28,120 nucleotides of DNA from the IMG/VR virus record IMGVR_UViG_3300037461_000085, positions 1 through 28,120 of that record. One strand, given 5' to 3'. The notes beneath the pieces are model-generated. The model was given only the letters and a program-made list of their open reading frames with translations. It had not been told where the DNA came from and did not search any database. The stretch is from a virus. Lineage: Duplodnaviria; Caudoviricetes. Of this stretch, positions 8,749 through 17,351 are shown one piece after another (the stretch's first letter is position 1; each line of letters starts with the position of its first letter). The translations under genes and the position numbers were made by a program.

Positions 8749-9413
8749 AGGGTGAGTTCGACACTGTGCGACGGCTGCTCAAGGGCCGCTCGATCGCGCG
8801 GTTCGGGGACGGCGAACTCAAGCTGCTCGACGGTGCCGGGTACTCCCGGGAACCGGCGAACGCGAAGCTCAGCGAGGAGATGCGGGCGCTGGTCAATGCG
8901 CCGCATCCCGACTGCCTGGTCGCCATCCCGACGATGGACCCCGCGGGGCCGAAGTACCAAAACTGGCTCCGGTTCGAGGCGCGGTTCTGCCGGTACTTCG
9001 ACCGCAGCGATGGTCGCCGCTACGCCTCGGCATTCATCACGCGGCCGGATTCGGCGGCGGATGACATCGAGACGCCCGAGTATTTCGACCTGATCTCCCG
9101 GCTGTGGGCCGGGCGCGAACGGGTCGTGGTGCTGTCGGAACGCGAGAGCAAGCTGCTGGCCGTCGTGCGAGCGATGGCCGCTTCGATTGTTCACGTGACC
9201 TGCCCGCGCCGGATGGCGTACGCGGTCATCGATGACTTGGAGCGGAAGATCGTCGCCGCGGAGCCGACCATCGCGCTGCTGTCGTGCGGGCCGACGGCGA
9301 CGTGCCTGGCCAACCGACTGGCCGCGCGGGGCGTGCAGGGCGTGGATCTCGGAAGCATCGGCGGGATGCTCCTGCGGCTGATGCCGCGCACTGACGAGAG
9401 CGTGACCAGGTGA
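8733..9413 (+). CDS. GT-D fold glycosyltransferase (DUF1792-like)
   Basis: Probable start GTG 8733 after GGAGG; SIARFGDGELKL, AFITRP, LW.GR.RVVV, CP..AY, LLSCGPTATCLA.RL...G.Q.VDLGS. Confidence 0.85.
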   Translation: MYPRVEGEFDTVRRLLKGRSIARFGDGELKLLDGAGYSREPANAKLSEEMRALVNAPHPDCLVAIPTMDPAGPKYQNWLRFEARFCRYFDRSDGRRYASAFITRPDSAADDIETPEYFDLISRLWAGRERVVVLSERESKLLAVVRAMAASIVHVTCPRRMAYAVIDDLERKIVAAEPTIALLSCGPTATCLANRLAARGVQGVDLGSIGGMLLRLMPRTDESVTR

Positions 9414-9994
9414 AGATATTCCTCGACGTAGGCGCTAACACCGGCCAGACCCTCGCCGCGGTGCAGGGTCTGGACTTCGATCGCGTCCACAGTTTCGAGC
9501 CGGTGAGTGTCTGTTGGCCGGCGCTCGAGAAGATAGCCGACAAGCGCACCCGCATCGAGCGCTTCGGGCTCTGGGACCGGAACGGGCATTTCTCCCTGTA
9601 CGACCCCGGCACGAAGGGTGCGGGCATGTGGGTGAAGGACAAGCGCCGCAAGGATGCGCCGGTGACGCAGGAGCTGTGCGAATTCAGGCGAGCGAGCGAG
9701 TGGTTCCGGGAACACATCCCGGCCGGTGCTCGCGTCTATCTGAAATTGAATTGCGAAGGGTGCGAGTGCGACATCCTCGACGACCTGCTCGACTCGGGTG
9801 AGTTCGAGAAAGTGTCCTTCGCGATGGTCGACTTCGACGTGCGCAAGATCAGCGCGATGAAGCACCGCGAGGCGGAGATGCGCGCCAGGCTCGAGGCGTA
9901 CCCGCCTCCCCGCGTGCTTTACTCGCGGGCGGCGATGGTCGGTGATACGCACCGGGATCGCATCCGCCACTGGCTGAGCCTGCTGCCAGCGTGA
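9410..9994 (+). CDS. FkbM-family SAM-dependent methyltransferase
   Basis: IFLDVGANTGQ, VHSFEP, YLKLNCEGCE.DIL. Confidence 0.88.
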   Translation: MKIFLDVGANTGQTLAAVQGLDFDRVHSFEPVSVCWPALEKIADKRTRIERFGLWDRNGHFSLYDPGTKGAGMWVKDKRRKDAPVTQELCEFRRASEWFREHIPAGARVYLKLNCEGCECDILDDLLDSGEFEKVSFAMVDFDVRKISAMKHREAEMRARLEAYPPPRVLYSRAAMVGDTHRDRIRHWLSLLPA

Positions 9995-10707
9995 CCGACT
10001 CGATCGTCTGCTGGCTGTGGAGCGGGACCGGCCTCGGCGACCGTCCCTACGAGCCGAAGCACGTCAACACGCTGCGCAAGGCGGTCGCTCGACATATGAG
10101 CCGGCCGCATCGGTTCGTGTGCGTGGCAGACAGCGCCGAGGGGTTCGACCCGGACGTCGAGGTATTCATCACGCCGCCCGAGGCGCGCGCGATCGGCCAC
10201 CTGAGGACGCCGGAGGGCGGCCGGTTCCCGAGCTGCTATCGGCGGCTGTGGAACTTCTCGCCGGCGGCTGCTGCGCTCGGCGACCGGCTGCTGTGCATCG
10301 ACATCGACCTCGTGCCGACCGGCGACTGGGCGCCACTGTTCGACCGCGACGAGGACTTCGTCGGCTGGCGGCCGTACCGCGACTGGGGCCGCAAGCTCAG
10401 GATCGGCGGCGGAATCTACCTGCTCAAGGCCGGCAGCCGCGCCCATGTCTGGCACGACTTCCGCGGGCCGGAATCCATGAACAAGGCGCGCCGCGCCGGG
10501 TTCCGGGGCAGCGACCAGGCATGGATCAGCTTCCAGCTCGCCGAGCGCGAGCCGCACTACGGGCGCGACGCCGGCATCTACTCGATCCGCGACCTCGACA
10601 GCAAGCATCCGCGCCTGCCGCCCGACGCGCGGCTGGTGCAGTTCAACGGGCCGGTTAAGCCCTGGCGGAGCGAATTGCCGTGGGTGAAGGAGCACTGGCG
10701 TGGCTGA
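9991..10707 (+). CDS. GT8-like / GT-A fold glycosyltransferase
   Basis: IVCWLW..YEPKHVNTL...FVCVAD, LCIDIDLV (DxD), GSDQAWI, VQFNGPVKPW (GT8-like HxxGxxKPW). Confidence 0.8.
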   Translation: MTDSIVCWLWSGTGLGDRPYEPKHVNTLRKAVARHMSRPHRFVCVADSAEGFDPDVEVFITPPEARAIGHLRTPEGGRFPSCYRRLWNFSPAAAALGDRLLCIDIDLVPTGDWAPLFDRDEDFVGWRPYRDWGRKLRIGGGIYLLKAGSRAHVWHDFRGPESMNKARRAGFRGSDQAWISFQLAEREPHYGRDAGIYSIRDLDSKHPRLPPDARLVQFNGPVKPWRSELPWVKEHWRG

Positions 10708-11221
10708 CTTCGACGTCAACGTCCGGGTGACCGGCGAACGGGACATCGTGAACCGGATCGCCGCGCTGCCGCCGAAGCTGCAGAAGCAGGGCGCAGTCCG
10801 GGCCACGCGCGAAGCGATGCGCGTCGCGCTGAATGCCGCGAAGGCGTCGGCCCGGTCGTTCGACGACCCGGAGACCGGCGAGCAGGTGTGGCGGAACATC
10901 GCGCTGCAGAACTCGCCGCGCCAGGGGCGCCGCGTGGGCGGTGCGGTGATGCGCCTCGGCGTCCGTGGCGGTGCTCGAGCGTACGCAGACACGCGCGAAA
11001 ACCGGCGCAAGGGGCGAGTCGGCGCGAGTTACGCAACGGCCGGCAGCAAGGGCAACCCGGGCGGCGATACCTGGTACTGGCGGTTTCTGGAGTTGGGCAC
11101 GACCCGCGCTCGCGCGCAGGCGTTCCTCGTGCCGGCCGTCATGGAAAACGCGCAGGCCATCGAGGCGAAGCTGGCCACGAGTCTCGAGCGTGAAATCGAA
11201 CGGCTGACACCGAAAGCATGA
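10700..11221 (+). CDS. HK97 gp10-family neck/tail component
   Basis: DDPETGEQVWRNI, GGDTWYWRFLELGT...AQAFLVPA. Confidence 0.9.
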   Translation: MADFDVNVRVTGERDIVNRIAALPPKLQKQGAVRATREAMRVALNAAKASARSFDDPETGEQVWRNIALQNSPRQGRRVGGAVMRLGVRGGARAYADTRENRRKGRVGASYATAGSKGNPGGDTWYWRFLELGTTRARAQAFLVPAVMENAQAIEAKLATSLEREIERLTPKA

Positions 11222-11586
11222 CCCCACCCATTTTCGACATCTGCTCGGCCGACACGAGCGTGCAGGCGCTGCTGGGCGACGGCCCGACGCTGCGCCTGTA
11301 TCCGTTCGGCGAGGCGCTGCAAAAGGACAAGCTGCCGTATGCAGTCTGGTCGCTGGTGGACGGTGCGCCAGAGAATTACCTCGGGCAGGCGCCCGACGCC
11401 GACAGCCTGACGCTGGCGATCGACGTGTACGGCAAGACCGCCGCGAGCGCGCACGACGTGCGTGACGCGATCGTCGCGGCAATCGAGCCCCACGCGCACG
11501 TCGTCACGTGGGACGGCGAACGCCGAGACACCGAGCGGCGGACATACCGAATTTCGTTTACTGTCGACTGGATCGTGAGCCGATGA
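11218..11586 (+). CDS. Tail terminator/completion protein (DUF3168)
   Basis: RLYPFGEA...PYAVW...G.PENYL...PD.D....IDVY...RISFTVDWIV. Confidence 0.85.
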   Translation: MTPPIFDICSADTSVQALLGDGPTLRLYPFGEALQKDKLPYAVWSLVDGAPENYLGQAPDADSLTLAIDVYGKTAASAHDVRDAIVAAIEPHAHVVTWDGERRDTERRTYRISFTVDWIVSR

Positions 11587-11678
11587 ACCCAGCCACGCGC
11601 GAACTGCACGAGACGATCATTCGTCTGCTCAAGGGCGTGCTGACGGCTTGGGAGAAGTGGCTGAAGGCCCAGTCGTAA
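11583..11678 (+). CDS. Small amphipathic peptide, 31 aa (not in ORF track)
   Basis: ATGA overlap with DUF3168 stop; MNPATRELHETIIRLLKGVLTAWEKWLKAQS; GC3-rich codons. Confidence 0.65.
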   Translation: MNPATRELHETIIRLLKGVLTAWEKWLKAQS

Positions 11679-11697
11679 CCGTTAAGCCTGCCTCGCC

Positions 11698-11779
11698 GGC
11701 TGCCGCGCACTGCAACGCAGCCCGATGCCTCGCAGAAACCCGCGCCGCTTCGGCGGCTGTTTTTCTATCGAGAGGCATC
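11698..11779 (+). promoter_or_regulatory. Structured RNA leader upstream of tail tube gene
   Basis: GGCTGC/GCAGCC hairpin (11698-11722); GATGCCTC/GAGGCATC stem (11724-11731 with 11772-11779) covering the SD; inner GCCGC-TTCG-GCGGC hairpin followed by a T-tract. Confidence 0.6.
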
Positions 11780-11783
11780 CTCA

Positions 11784-12248
11784 ATGGCGATCAAGACCCA
11801 GGGCACCGAGCTCTATTTCATCGATCCGGACAGCTTCGCTGTCGTGAAGGTCGGCTGCGTTACCACGATCACCGGCCTGACGGCCGCCCGCGACCAGATC
11901 GAGACCACGTGCCTCGACTCGGCCGCCCGCACCTACGAGGCCGGCATGGCCACGCCGGGCGCCGCGCAGTTTGGCCTGAACTTCGACACCTCCGACACGA
12001 GCCACGTGCGCCTGCACGAGCTCTACACCGAGGGCACGAAGGTCGACTGGGCGCTCGGCTGGAGCGACGGCATGACCGCCCCGACGTCCGACTCGACGGC
12101 GTTCACCCTGCCGACCGATCGGTCGTGGATCGAGTTCAACGGCTACATCAGCGACCTGCCGTTCGACTTCGCGCTCAACACGGTCGTGACGTCGAACGTC
12201 TCGATCCAGGTGTCCGACTTCCCGGTGCTGCACGCCAAGAGCACCTAA
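11784..12248 (+). CDS. Major tail tube protein (lambda-like siphovirus)
   Basis: KTQGTELYFIDP, RDQIETTCL, TY.AG.ATPG, WALGWSDG..APT, LPT.RSWI.F.GY...PFDFA.N.VV. Confidence 0.9.
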   Translation: MAIKTQGTELYFIDPDSFAVVKVGCVTTITGLTAARDQIETTCLDSAARTYEAGMATPGAAQFGLNFDTSDTSHVRLHELYTEGTKVDWALGWSDGMTAPTSDSTAFTLPTDRSWIEFNGYISDLPFDFALNTVVTSNVSIQVSDFPVLHAKST

Positions 12249-12263
12249 CCACAGAGGGTATCA

Positions 12264-12617
12264 ATGGACCTGCAACAGCTTCGTGAGCGGGGCGGTATCG
12301 TCCCATCCGCGCCGGTGATGACCGAGGTCTCGTGGACGCACCCTGACCAGAACGGCCAGGACGTCACCGACACCTTCACCGTCCACGTCGTGAAGCACAG
12401 CTTCGGCACGGTCGAGCGGCTGGTCCTGGCGGAACGCCGGGACAGCGACACGAGCAATCGTGCCTTGCTCATCTCCCAGTCGATCCGGCTGGGCGACGAC
12501 GGGTCCGAGTCTCTGAGTTACGAGGACGCCTTTCAGCTCGAGCCACGTCTGGCCCGGGCGCTGCTTGACGCGATCTATTCGGTCAACGGCCTCGGGTCAG
12601 ACGGCCCAAAAGCCTGA
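12264..12617 (+). CDS. Tail assembly chaperone (gpG analogue)
   Basis: Lies between tail tube and tape measure; SIRLGDDG.E.LSYEDAFQL; ends at slippery site C CCA AAA. Confidence 0.85.
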   Translation: MDLQQLRERGGIVPSAPVMTEVSWTHPDQNGQDVTDTFTVHVVKHSFGTVERLVLAERRDSDTSNRALLISQSIRLGDDGSESLSYEDAFQLEPRLARALLDAIYSVNGLGSDGPKA

Positions 12618-12907
12618 CGGCTGCCGACGAGTTCTGGCACGAGCTCGTGCTGAACGGCGTCGGCGGCCGGACGGTGGCAGAAGCAAAGGAGCGTCTGAGT
12701 TACGCCGAGGCGCTGGCGTGGCAGGAATACATGCACAAGCGTGGATCGCTGCACGTCGGGATGCGCCTCGAGTATGGGTTCGCGCTGCTGGCGAAGATCG
12801 TGAACAACGCGCTCGGCGGACATGCGACGTTGCGGGATTTCATGCCGCACGTCGAGCAGCCGAGCACTCTCGAGGAAGTCATGCGCGTGCTTTCAGGTAG
12901 GGCTTGA
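12605..12907 (+). CDS. gpT analogue, C-terminal part of the -1 frameshift G-T fusion
   Basis: -1 frame is open from the slippery heptamer: SLTAADEFWHELVLNGVGGRTVAEAKERLSYAE...DFMPH. Confidence 0.8.
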   Translation, partial: PKSLTAADEFWHELVLNGVGGRTVAEAKERLSYAEALAWQEYMHKRGSLHVGMRLEYGFALLAKIVNNALGGHATLRDFMPHVEQPSTLEEVMRVLSGRA

Positions 12908-13608
12908 TGAATCGCGATGTTCTTGATCTCGGCGGCGTTTACCGCATCCGGCACGTCGGGACTGGTCGCCTTTACATCGGGAGCTCGGTCAACATGCGAC
13001 GCCGATGGCGCGAACATCGGGCTGCACTTTGTCGCGGTCGGCATCATTCTGTCGCCTTGCAACGGGCCTGGAATAAGCACGGTCCGAGCGCTTTTGCGTT
13101 TGAGCCGCTGCTCGTGTGTGCGGCGGAGAATGCCGTGTTCTTCGAGCAGCGAGCAATAGACGCGCTGAAGCCAAGGCTCAATTGCGCTCCGCGGGCGGGG
13201 TCGCAATTAGGCTACCGACACACGCCAGCATCAGTCGGGAAGATGAAAGCGGCAGCGGTTGGTCGGCCGAGTTCATTTAAGGGACTTCGCCATAGCGATG
13301 AAAGTCGGCGCCGTATCTCCGATAGTCGACGCGGGAAAGGCGGCGGCGAACGAACTATTGAGCGCCGGAGAAAGATCAGCGAGGCGCTGCGGGGTCGTCC
13401 GGTGAGCGCAGAACGGCGCGCGAAAATATCCGCAACGCTAACCGGCCGCTCGACTGGACGTGGCGCGCTGACGGTCGAGCAGGTTCGTGAGATACGAAGG
13501 CTTCATTCGCTCGGAATGCGGCAATGCGACATCGCGCGAGCCGTAAACGCCAAGAAAGGCCATGTGCACAACGTGATCTTTAACGACGGATACACCTGGG
13601 TGATCTGA
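12907..13608 (+). mobile_element. Freestanding GIY-YIG homing endonuclease with NUMOD3 repeats and C-terminal HTH
   Basis: GVYRI...LYIGSS...R.R.H; repeats GYRHTPASVGKMK, GLRHSDESRRRISDSRRG, ERRRKISEALRG, ERRAKISATLTG; lower GC3 than neighbours; TGATG overlap. Confidence 0.9.
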
Positions 13609-13609
13609 C

Positions 13610-15760
13610 ATGGCTTCCAGGGCACTTGGCACACTGACCGTCGACCTGCTTCTCCGCATGGGCGGATTCAAGCAGGGCGCCGACAAGGCGAGCCGCGAGG
13701 CCGACGCGCTGGCCCGCCGCATCCGTGGCACGTTCAACCAACTGCGCGGCATCGTGGGCGCAGCGTTCGCGGGCTTCAGCTTCGCGCAGATCGTGCAGGC
13801 GACGGCGGAGGCCGAGGCCGCATTCGGCCAACTGAAGAACGCCGTCGAGACGAACGGCGGCGCGGCCGGCAAGACCGCGGACGAACTCGCGAACGTCGCG
13901 AGCGAGCTGCAGTCGATCACCACCTACGGCGACGAAGCGATCCAGCAGATGCAGGCGCTGCTGCTGCGCTTCAAGGGCATCGGCGAGACGCGCTTCGACG
14001 AGGCCACCCGGGCGACGCTCGACCTCGCCACGGCGCTCGGGCAGGACTTGCAGAGTGCGGCCCGCCTCGTGGGGCTCGCGCTCGACAACCCGGCAGAGGG
14101 TCTCTCGCGCCTGTCCCGGGTCGGAATTGCGTTCACGAAGGACCAAAAAGAGGTCATCAAGGCCCTGGTCGAAAGCGGCCGGACGGCCGAGGCGCAGGGC
14201 ATCATCCTGCGCGAGCTCGAGAGCCGGTTCGGTGGCGCTGCCGAAGCGGCGCGCGGCACGTTCGCCGGCGCGATGCAGGGCGTGAAGAACGCCTTCGGCG
14301 ACCTGCTCGAGGTCAAGACCGGCATCCCCGCTGCGACCGACGCGCTCAACGATTTCGCGAAGGTGCTCGAAGACCCGAGCACCAAGGCGGCGGCAGACAA
14401 TCTATTCGCGGGGCTCATCGCTGGCGCTGCGAGTGCGGTCCAATGGATGCGGGAAGTCGTCGGCGCGACCCGATGGGCGGCCGAAGAGTTTGCCGCCTTC
14501 CGATCAGGGCCGGCTGCCGGGGACGCAGTCAGGATCGACGAGGAAATCGCGCGCATCCGGCACGCGCTGCAGAATCAGGTGAAGTTCGGCGGCGGCGGCC
14601 GGATCGAGATATTCGGCCGTGGCGGTCTGTTCAAGTGGTACTCCGAAGAGGAGCTGAAGGCCGAGCTTAAGCGCCTCGAGGGGCTGCTCAAGGACTACGG
14701 CCAGAACATCACGCCCTTTACCCCGCCCCGCACAGGCGGTGCCGCGGGCTTTCCGACGACGACCGTCGAGGTCGACCGCCCGGAAACGAACCGGGCCACG
14801 CGGCCTGCGGCGGCCGTCGACGAGCTGCGCGCCATGCGGGATGCCTATGCGGACATCCTCGACACGGGCCTCGCCGCGATCCAGGGCCTCGAGACGCCGC
14901 TCGAAACCCAGCTCCGCACCTACCACGAGACCAAGTTCGCGCTCGAGCAACTGCGCGACACCTATCCGGCGCTCGCCGATTCCGCCAGCGAGGCCATTGC
15001 GCGCCTCGAAGTCGCGGACCTCGAGCCGATCACGATCACGGCGGAAAAGATTTTCCCGAAGGAAGAGCGCGAGCAGCTCAGCGAGTTCTGGCTGCAGGCA
15101 TCGCGCAACGTGCAGGACATCCTGGCCGACTTCATCTTCGACCCGTTCAGCAAGGGCCTAGACGGCCTGGTCGAGGACTTCGGCCGGATGCTGCAGCAAA
15201 TGGCCGCTCAGGCGATCGCCGCGGACATCGCGGGCAAGATCTTCGGCACGGGCGGGATGGGCGCCGGCGGTGGCTGGCTCGACGGCCTGCTCGGCATGTT
15301 CGGCGGCTTCATCGGCGGCAAGGGCTTCGGCTCAATGGCGGGCCTGTCCGAGCTCGCCATCACCGCCAAGCGAATCCCGGGCTATGACGCCGGCGGCTTC
15401 ACCGGCGCCGGCGGGAAGTTCGAGCCGGCGGGCGTCGTGCATCGCGGGGAATTCGTCGCCCGCTCGGAGGTCGTGCGAGAGCCCGGCGCGCGTACGTTCC
15501 TCGAGGCGTTCAACCGGATCGGCATGGATGCGCTCGCCAGCCTGCCGGGCTTCGCTGCCGGTGGCTTCGTCGGCGGCATGGGCCTCGACGCACCGATCGC
15601 GGCGGCTGCTGCCGTGCCGAGCGGCTCCGCCGGCGACATGACGCTCATCCAGAACTTCACGATCCACGCGCCAGGCGGCACGGTCTCGCGCGCCACCGAG
15701 CAGCAGCTCGCCGCCGCCGCCGCGCGTGGCGCGGCACGCGCCAACGCACGGAACAACTGA
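13610..15760 (+). CDS. Tail tape measure protein (716 aa)
   Basis: MASRALGTLTVDL N-terminus, Ala-rich helical body, lambda-H-like C-terminal GYDAGGFTGAGGKFEPAGVVHRGEFV. Confidence 0.93.
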   Translation: MASRALGTLTVDLLLRMGGFKQGADKASREADALARRIRGTFNQLRGIVGAAFAGFSFAQIVQATAEAEAAFGQLKNAVETNGGAAGKTADELANVASELQSITTYGDEAIQQMQALLLRFKGIGETRFDEATRATLDLATALGQDLQSAARLVGLALDNPAEGLSRLSRVGIAFTKDQKEVIKALVESGRTAEAQGIILRELESRFGGAAEAARGTFAGAMQGVKNAFGDLLEVKTGIPAATDALNDFAKVLEDPSTKAAADNLFAGLIAGAASAVQWMREVVGATRWAAEEFAAFRSGPAAGDAVRIDEEIARIRHALQNQVKFGGGGRIEIFGRGGLFKWYSEEELKAELKRLEGLLKDYGQNITPFTPPRTGGAAGFPTTTVEVDRPETNRATRPAAAVDELRAMRDAYADILDTGLAAIQGLETPLETQLRTYHETKFALEQLRDTYPALADSASEAIARLEVADLEPITITAEKIFPKEEREQLSEFWLQASRNVQDILADFIFDPFSKGLDGLVEDFGRMLQQMAAQAIAADIAGKIFGTGGMGAGGGWLDGLLGMFGGFIGGKGFGSMAGLSELAITAKRIPGYDAGGFTGAGGKFEPAGVVHRGEFVARSEVVREPGARTFLEAFNRIGMDALASLPGFAAGGFVGGMGLDAPIAAAAAVPSGSAGDMTLIQNFTIHAPGGTVSRATEQQLAAAAARGAARANARNN

Positions 15761-16392
15761 TGTTTCTCGAATCCCCACGCTTCCCAGGCTGCCCGCGCTA
15801 CGGCTACACGTCCGAGCCCATGTACTCGGTCACGGTCGTGCAGCGGGCCGGCGGCACCGAGCGGCGGAACGTCAACTGGTCGTATCCCCTGACGCGGCTC
15901 ACGGTCACCGTGGGGCCGAGCGAGGGCGGTGACCCGGCCATTCAGGAGCTGCTGCGCTTCTACCATGCGGTGCGCGGCTCGGGTTACGGGTTCCGGGTCA
16001 AGGACTTCGCCGACTTCAAATCGTGCGACGTGGGCGATACGCCGGCCGCCACCGACTGCCCGATGGTGCTCGATACCAGCGCGAGTCCCGACGCATACCA
16101 GCTCGTGAAGCGCTACACCTACGGCTCGCTGTCGCAGGACCGCAAGATCTCGAAGCCGGTGCAGGGCACGATCACGATCGAGGACGACGGCGACCCGAAG
16201 ACGGAGGGTGTCGATTACACCGTCGACTACACGACGGGGCTCGTGTCGCTCAACTTCACGCCGTCGACGAGCGGGCCGACGTGGGGCGGCGAATTCGACC
16301 TGCCGATGCGCTTCGACGGCCCGTTCCCGATCGAGATCATCAGCCATCGCGTGCAGTCCGTGTCGTTCTCGCTGGTCGAGATTCGCGTCTGA
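15760..16392 (+). CDS. Distal tail protein, DUF2460 (RcGTA g12-like)
   Basis: FLESPRFP, ERRN.NW, GFRVKDF.DF, YQLVKRY, R.ISKPV.GT, GGEFDLPMRFD, LVEIRV. Confidence 0.9.
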   Translation: MFLESPRFPGCPRYGYTSEPMYSVTVVQRAGGTERRNVNWSYPLTRLTVTVGPSEGGDPAIQELLRFYHAVRGSGYGFRVKDFADFKSCDVGDTPAATDCPMVLDTSASPDAYQLVKRYTYGSLSQDRKISKPVQGTITIEDDGDPKTEGVDYTVDYTTGLVSLNFTPSTSGPTWGGEFDLPMRFDGPFPIEIISHRVQSVSFSLVEIRV

Positions 16393-17351
16393 TGCGAACG
16401 CTGTCGACAGAACTGCAGGCCCACCTGGCTGAAGACGTGACAACGCTGGCCGTGTGCTGGCGGGTCGCTCGCACCGACGGCGTGCTGATCCTCGGAACGG
16501 AACACGACCGCGACATCGAGATCGGCGGCGGTTCGTACTCGGGCACCTACGTGGCCGCGGCGGGTATCACCGGCAGCACCGTGCGCTCCTCGAGCGACAT
16601 GAGCGTCGACAATATGGAGGTGGAGGGCGCCGTGAATGCGGGCGACCTGAACCTCGTCGACCTGTCGGCGGCCGACATCGAGGCCGGGCTCTTCGACGAC
16701 GCCTCCGTCGTGCTGTTCCTGGTCAACTGGCAGGCGCCGGATGACGGGCAGATCGTGCTGCGCACGGGCAACCTTGGCGAGATTTCCCGCACTGCCGAGG
16801 GCCAGTACAGGACCGAGCTGCGGGGCCTCGCGCAGCGGCTCACGCAGAAGATCGTCCGCACCTACGGATCGAGCTGCGACGCCGAGCTGGGCGATTCCCG
16901 CTGCGGCGTGAACATCGCGACTCTGACCGAGACCGGCACCGTGACGGCCGTCACGAGCTCGCGCCAGTTCACGGCGACCATCACCGGCTCGCCGGACCCG
17001 GGCGACTTCAACGGCGGCCTCCTGACGTTCACCTCCGGCGAGAACGACGGTTTTTCGATGGAGGTGAAGGACGACGACTTCGGCTCACCCGGCGAGGTAC
17101 TGCTCTACTTGCCGATGCCTATGGACGTCGAAGTCGGGGACACGTTCAGCATCCGCCCGGGCTGCGACAAGTCGGCGGCCATGTGTAAGGGCCGCTTCGA
17201 CAATCTCGTGAACTTCCGCGGGCACGGCGCATGGGTGCCGGGCGTCGGCGAGCTGATGGTCTTCGGTGGCCAGACGGCAGAGAAGAAGCCGAGGCCGTCG
17301 ACGTTCCTGCAATACCCGAGACCCGTACCGGAAAATTTCAATGAACGCTGA
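16392..17351 (+). CDS. Baseplate hub, DUF2163/BR0599 (RcGTA g13-like)
   Basis: Start ATG 16392 (TGATG); TTLA.CWR..R.DG....TEHDRD, C.AELGD.RC, GCDK....C..RF.N..NFRG Cys cluster. Confidence 0.9.
   Translation: MRTLSTELQAHLAEDVTTLAVCWRVARTDGVLILGTEHDRDIEIGGGSYSGTYVAAAGITGSTVRSSSDMSVDNMEVEGAVNAGDLNLVDLSAADIEAGLFDDASVVLFLVNWQAPDDGQIVLRTGNLGEISRTAEGQYRTELRGLAQRLTQKIVRTYGSSCDAELGDSRCGVNIATLTETGTVTAVTSSRQFTATITGSPDPGDFNGGLLTFTSGENDGFSMEVKDDDFGSPGEVLLYLPMPMDVEVGDTFSIRPGCDKSAAMCKGRFDNLVNFRGHGAWVPGVGELMVFGGQTAEKKPRPSTFLQYPRPVPENFNER

Noticed and set aside
7011-10707. gtrABC-type serotype conversion or DNA hypermodification locus
   Set aside because: No membrane flippase or TM segments, no separate promoter, not near att, and no base-modifying or replication genes adjacent; disfavoured but not formally excluded
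12907-13608. Group I intron around the GIY-YIG gene
   Set aside because: No non-coding space for a ribozyme core; both flanking genes are intact
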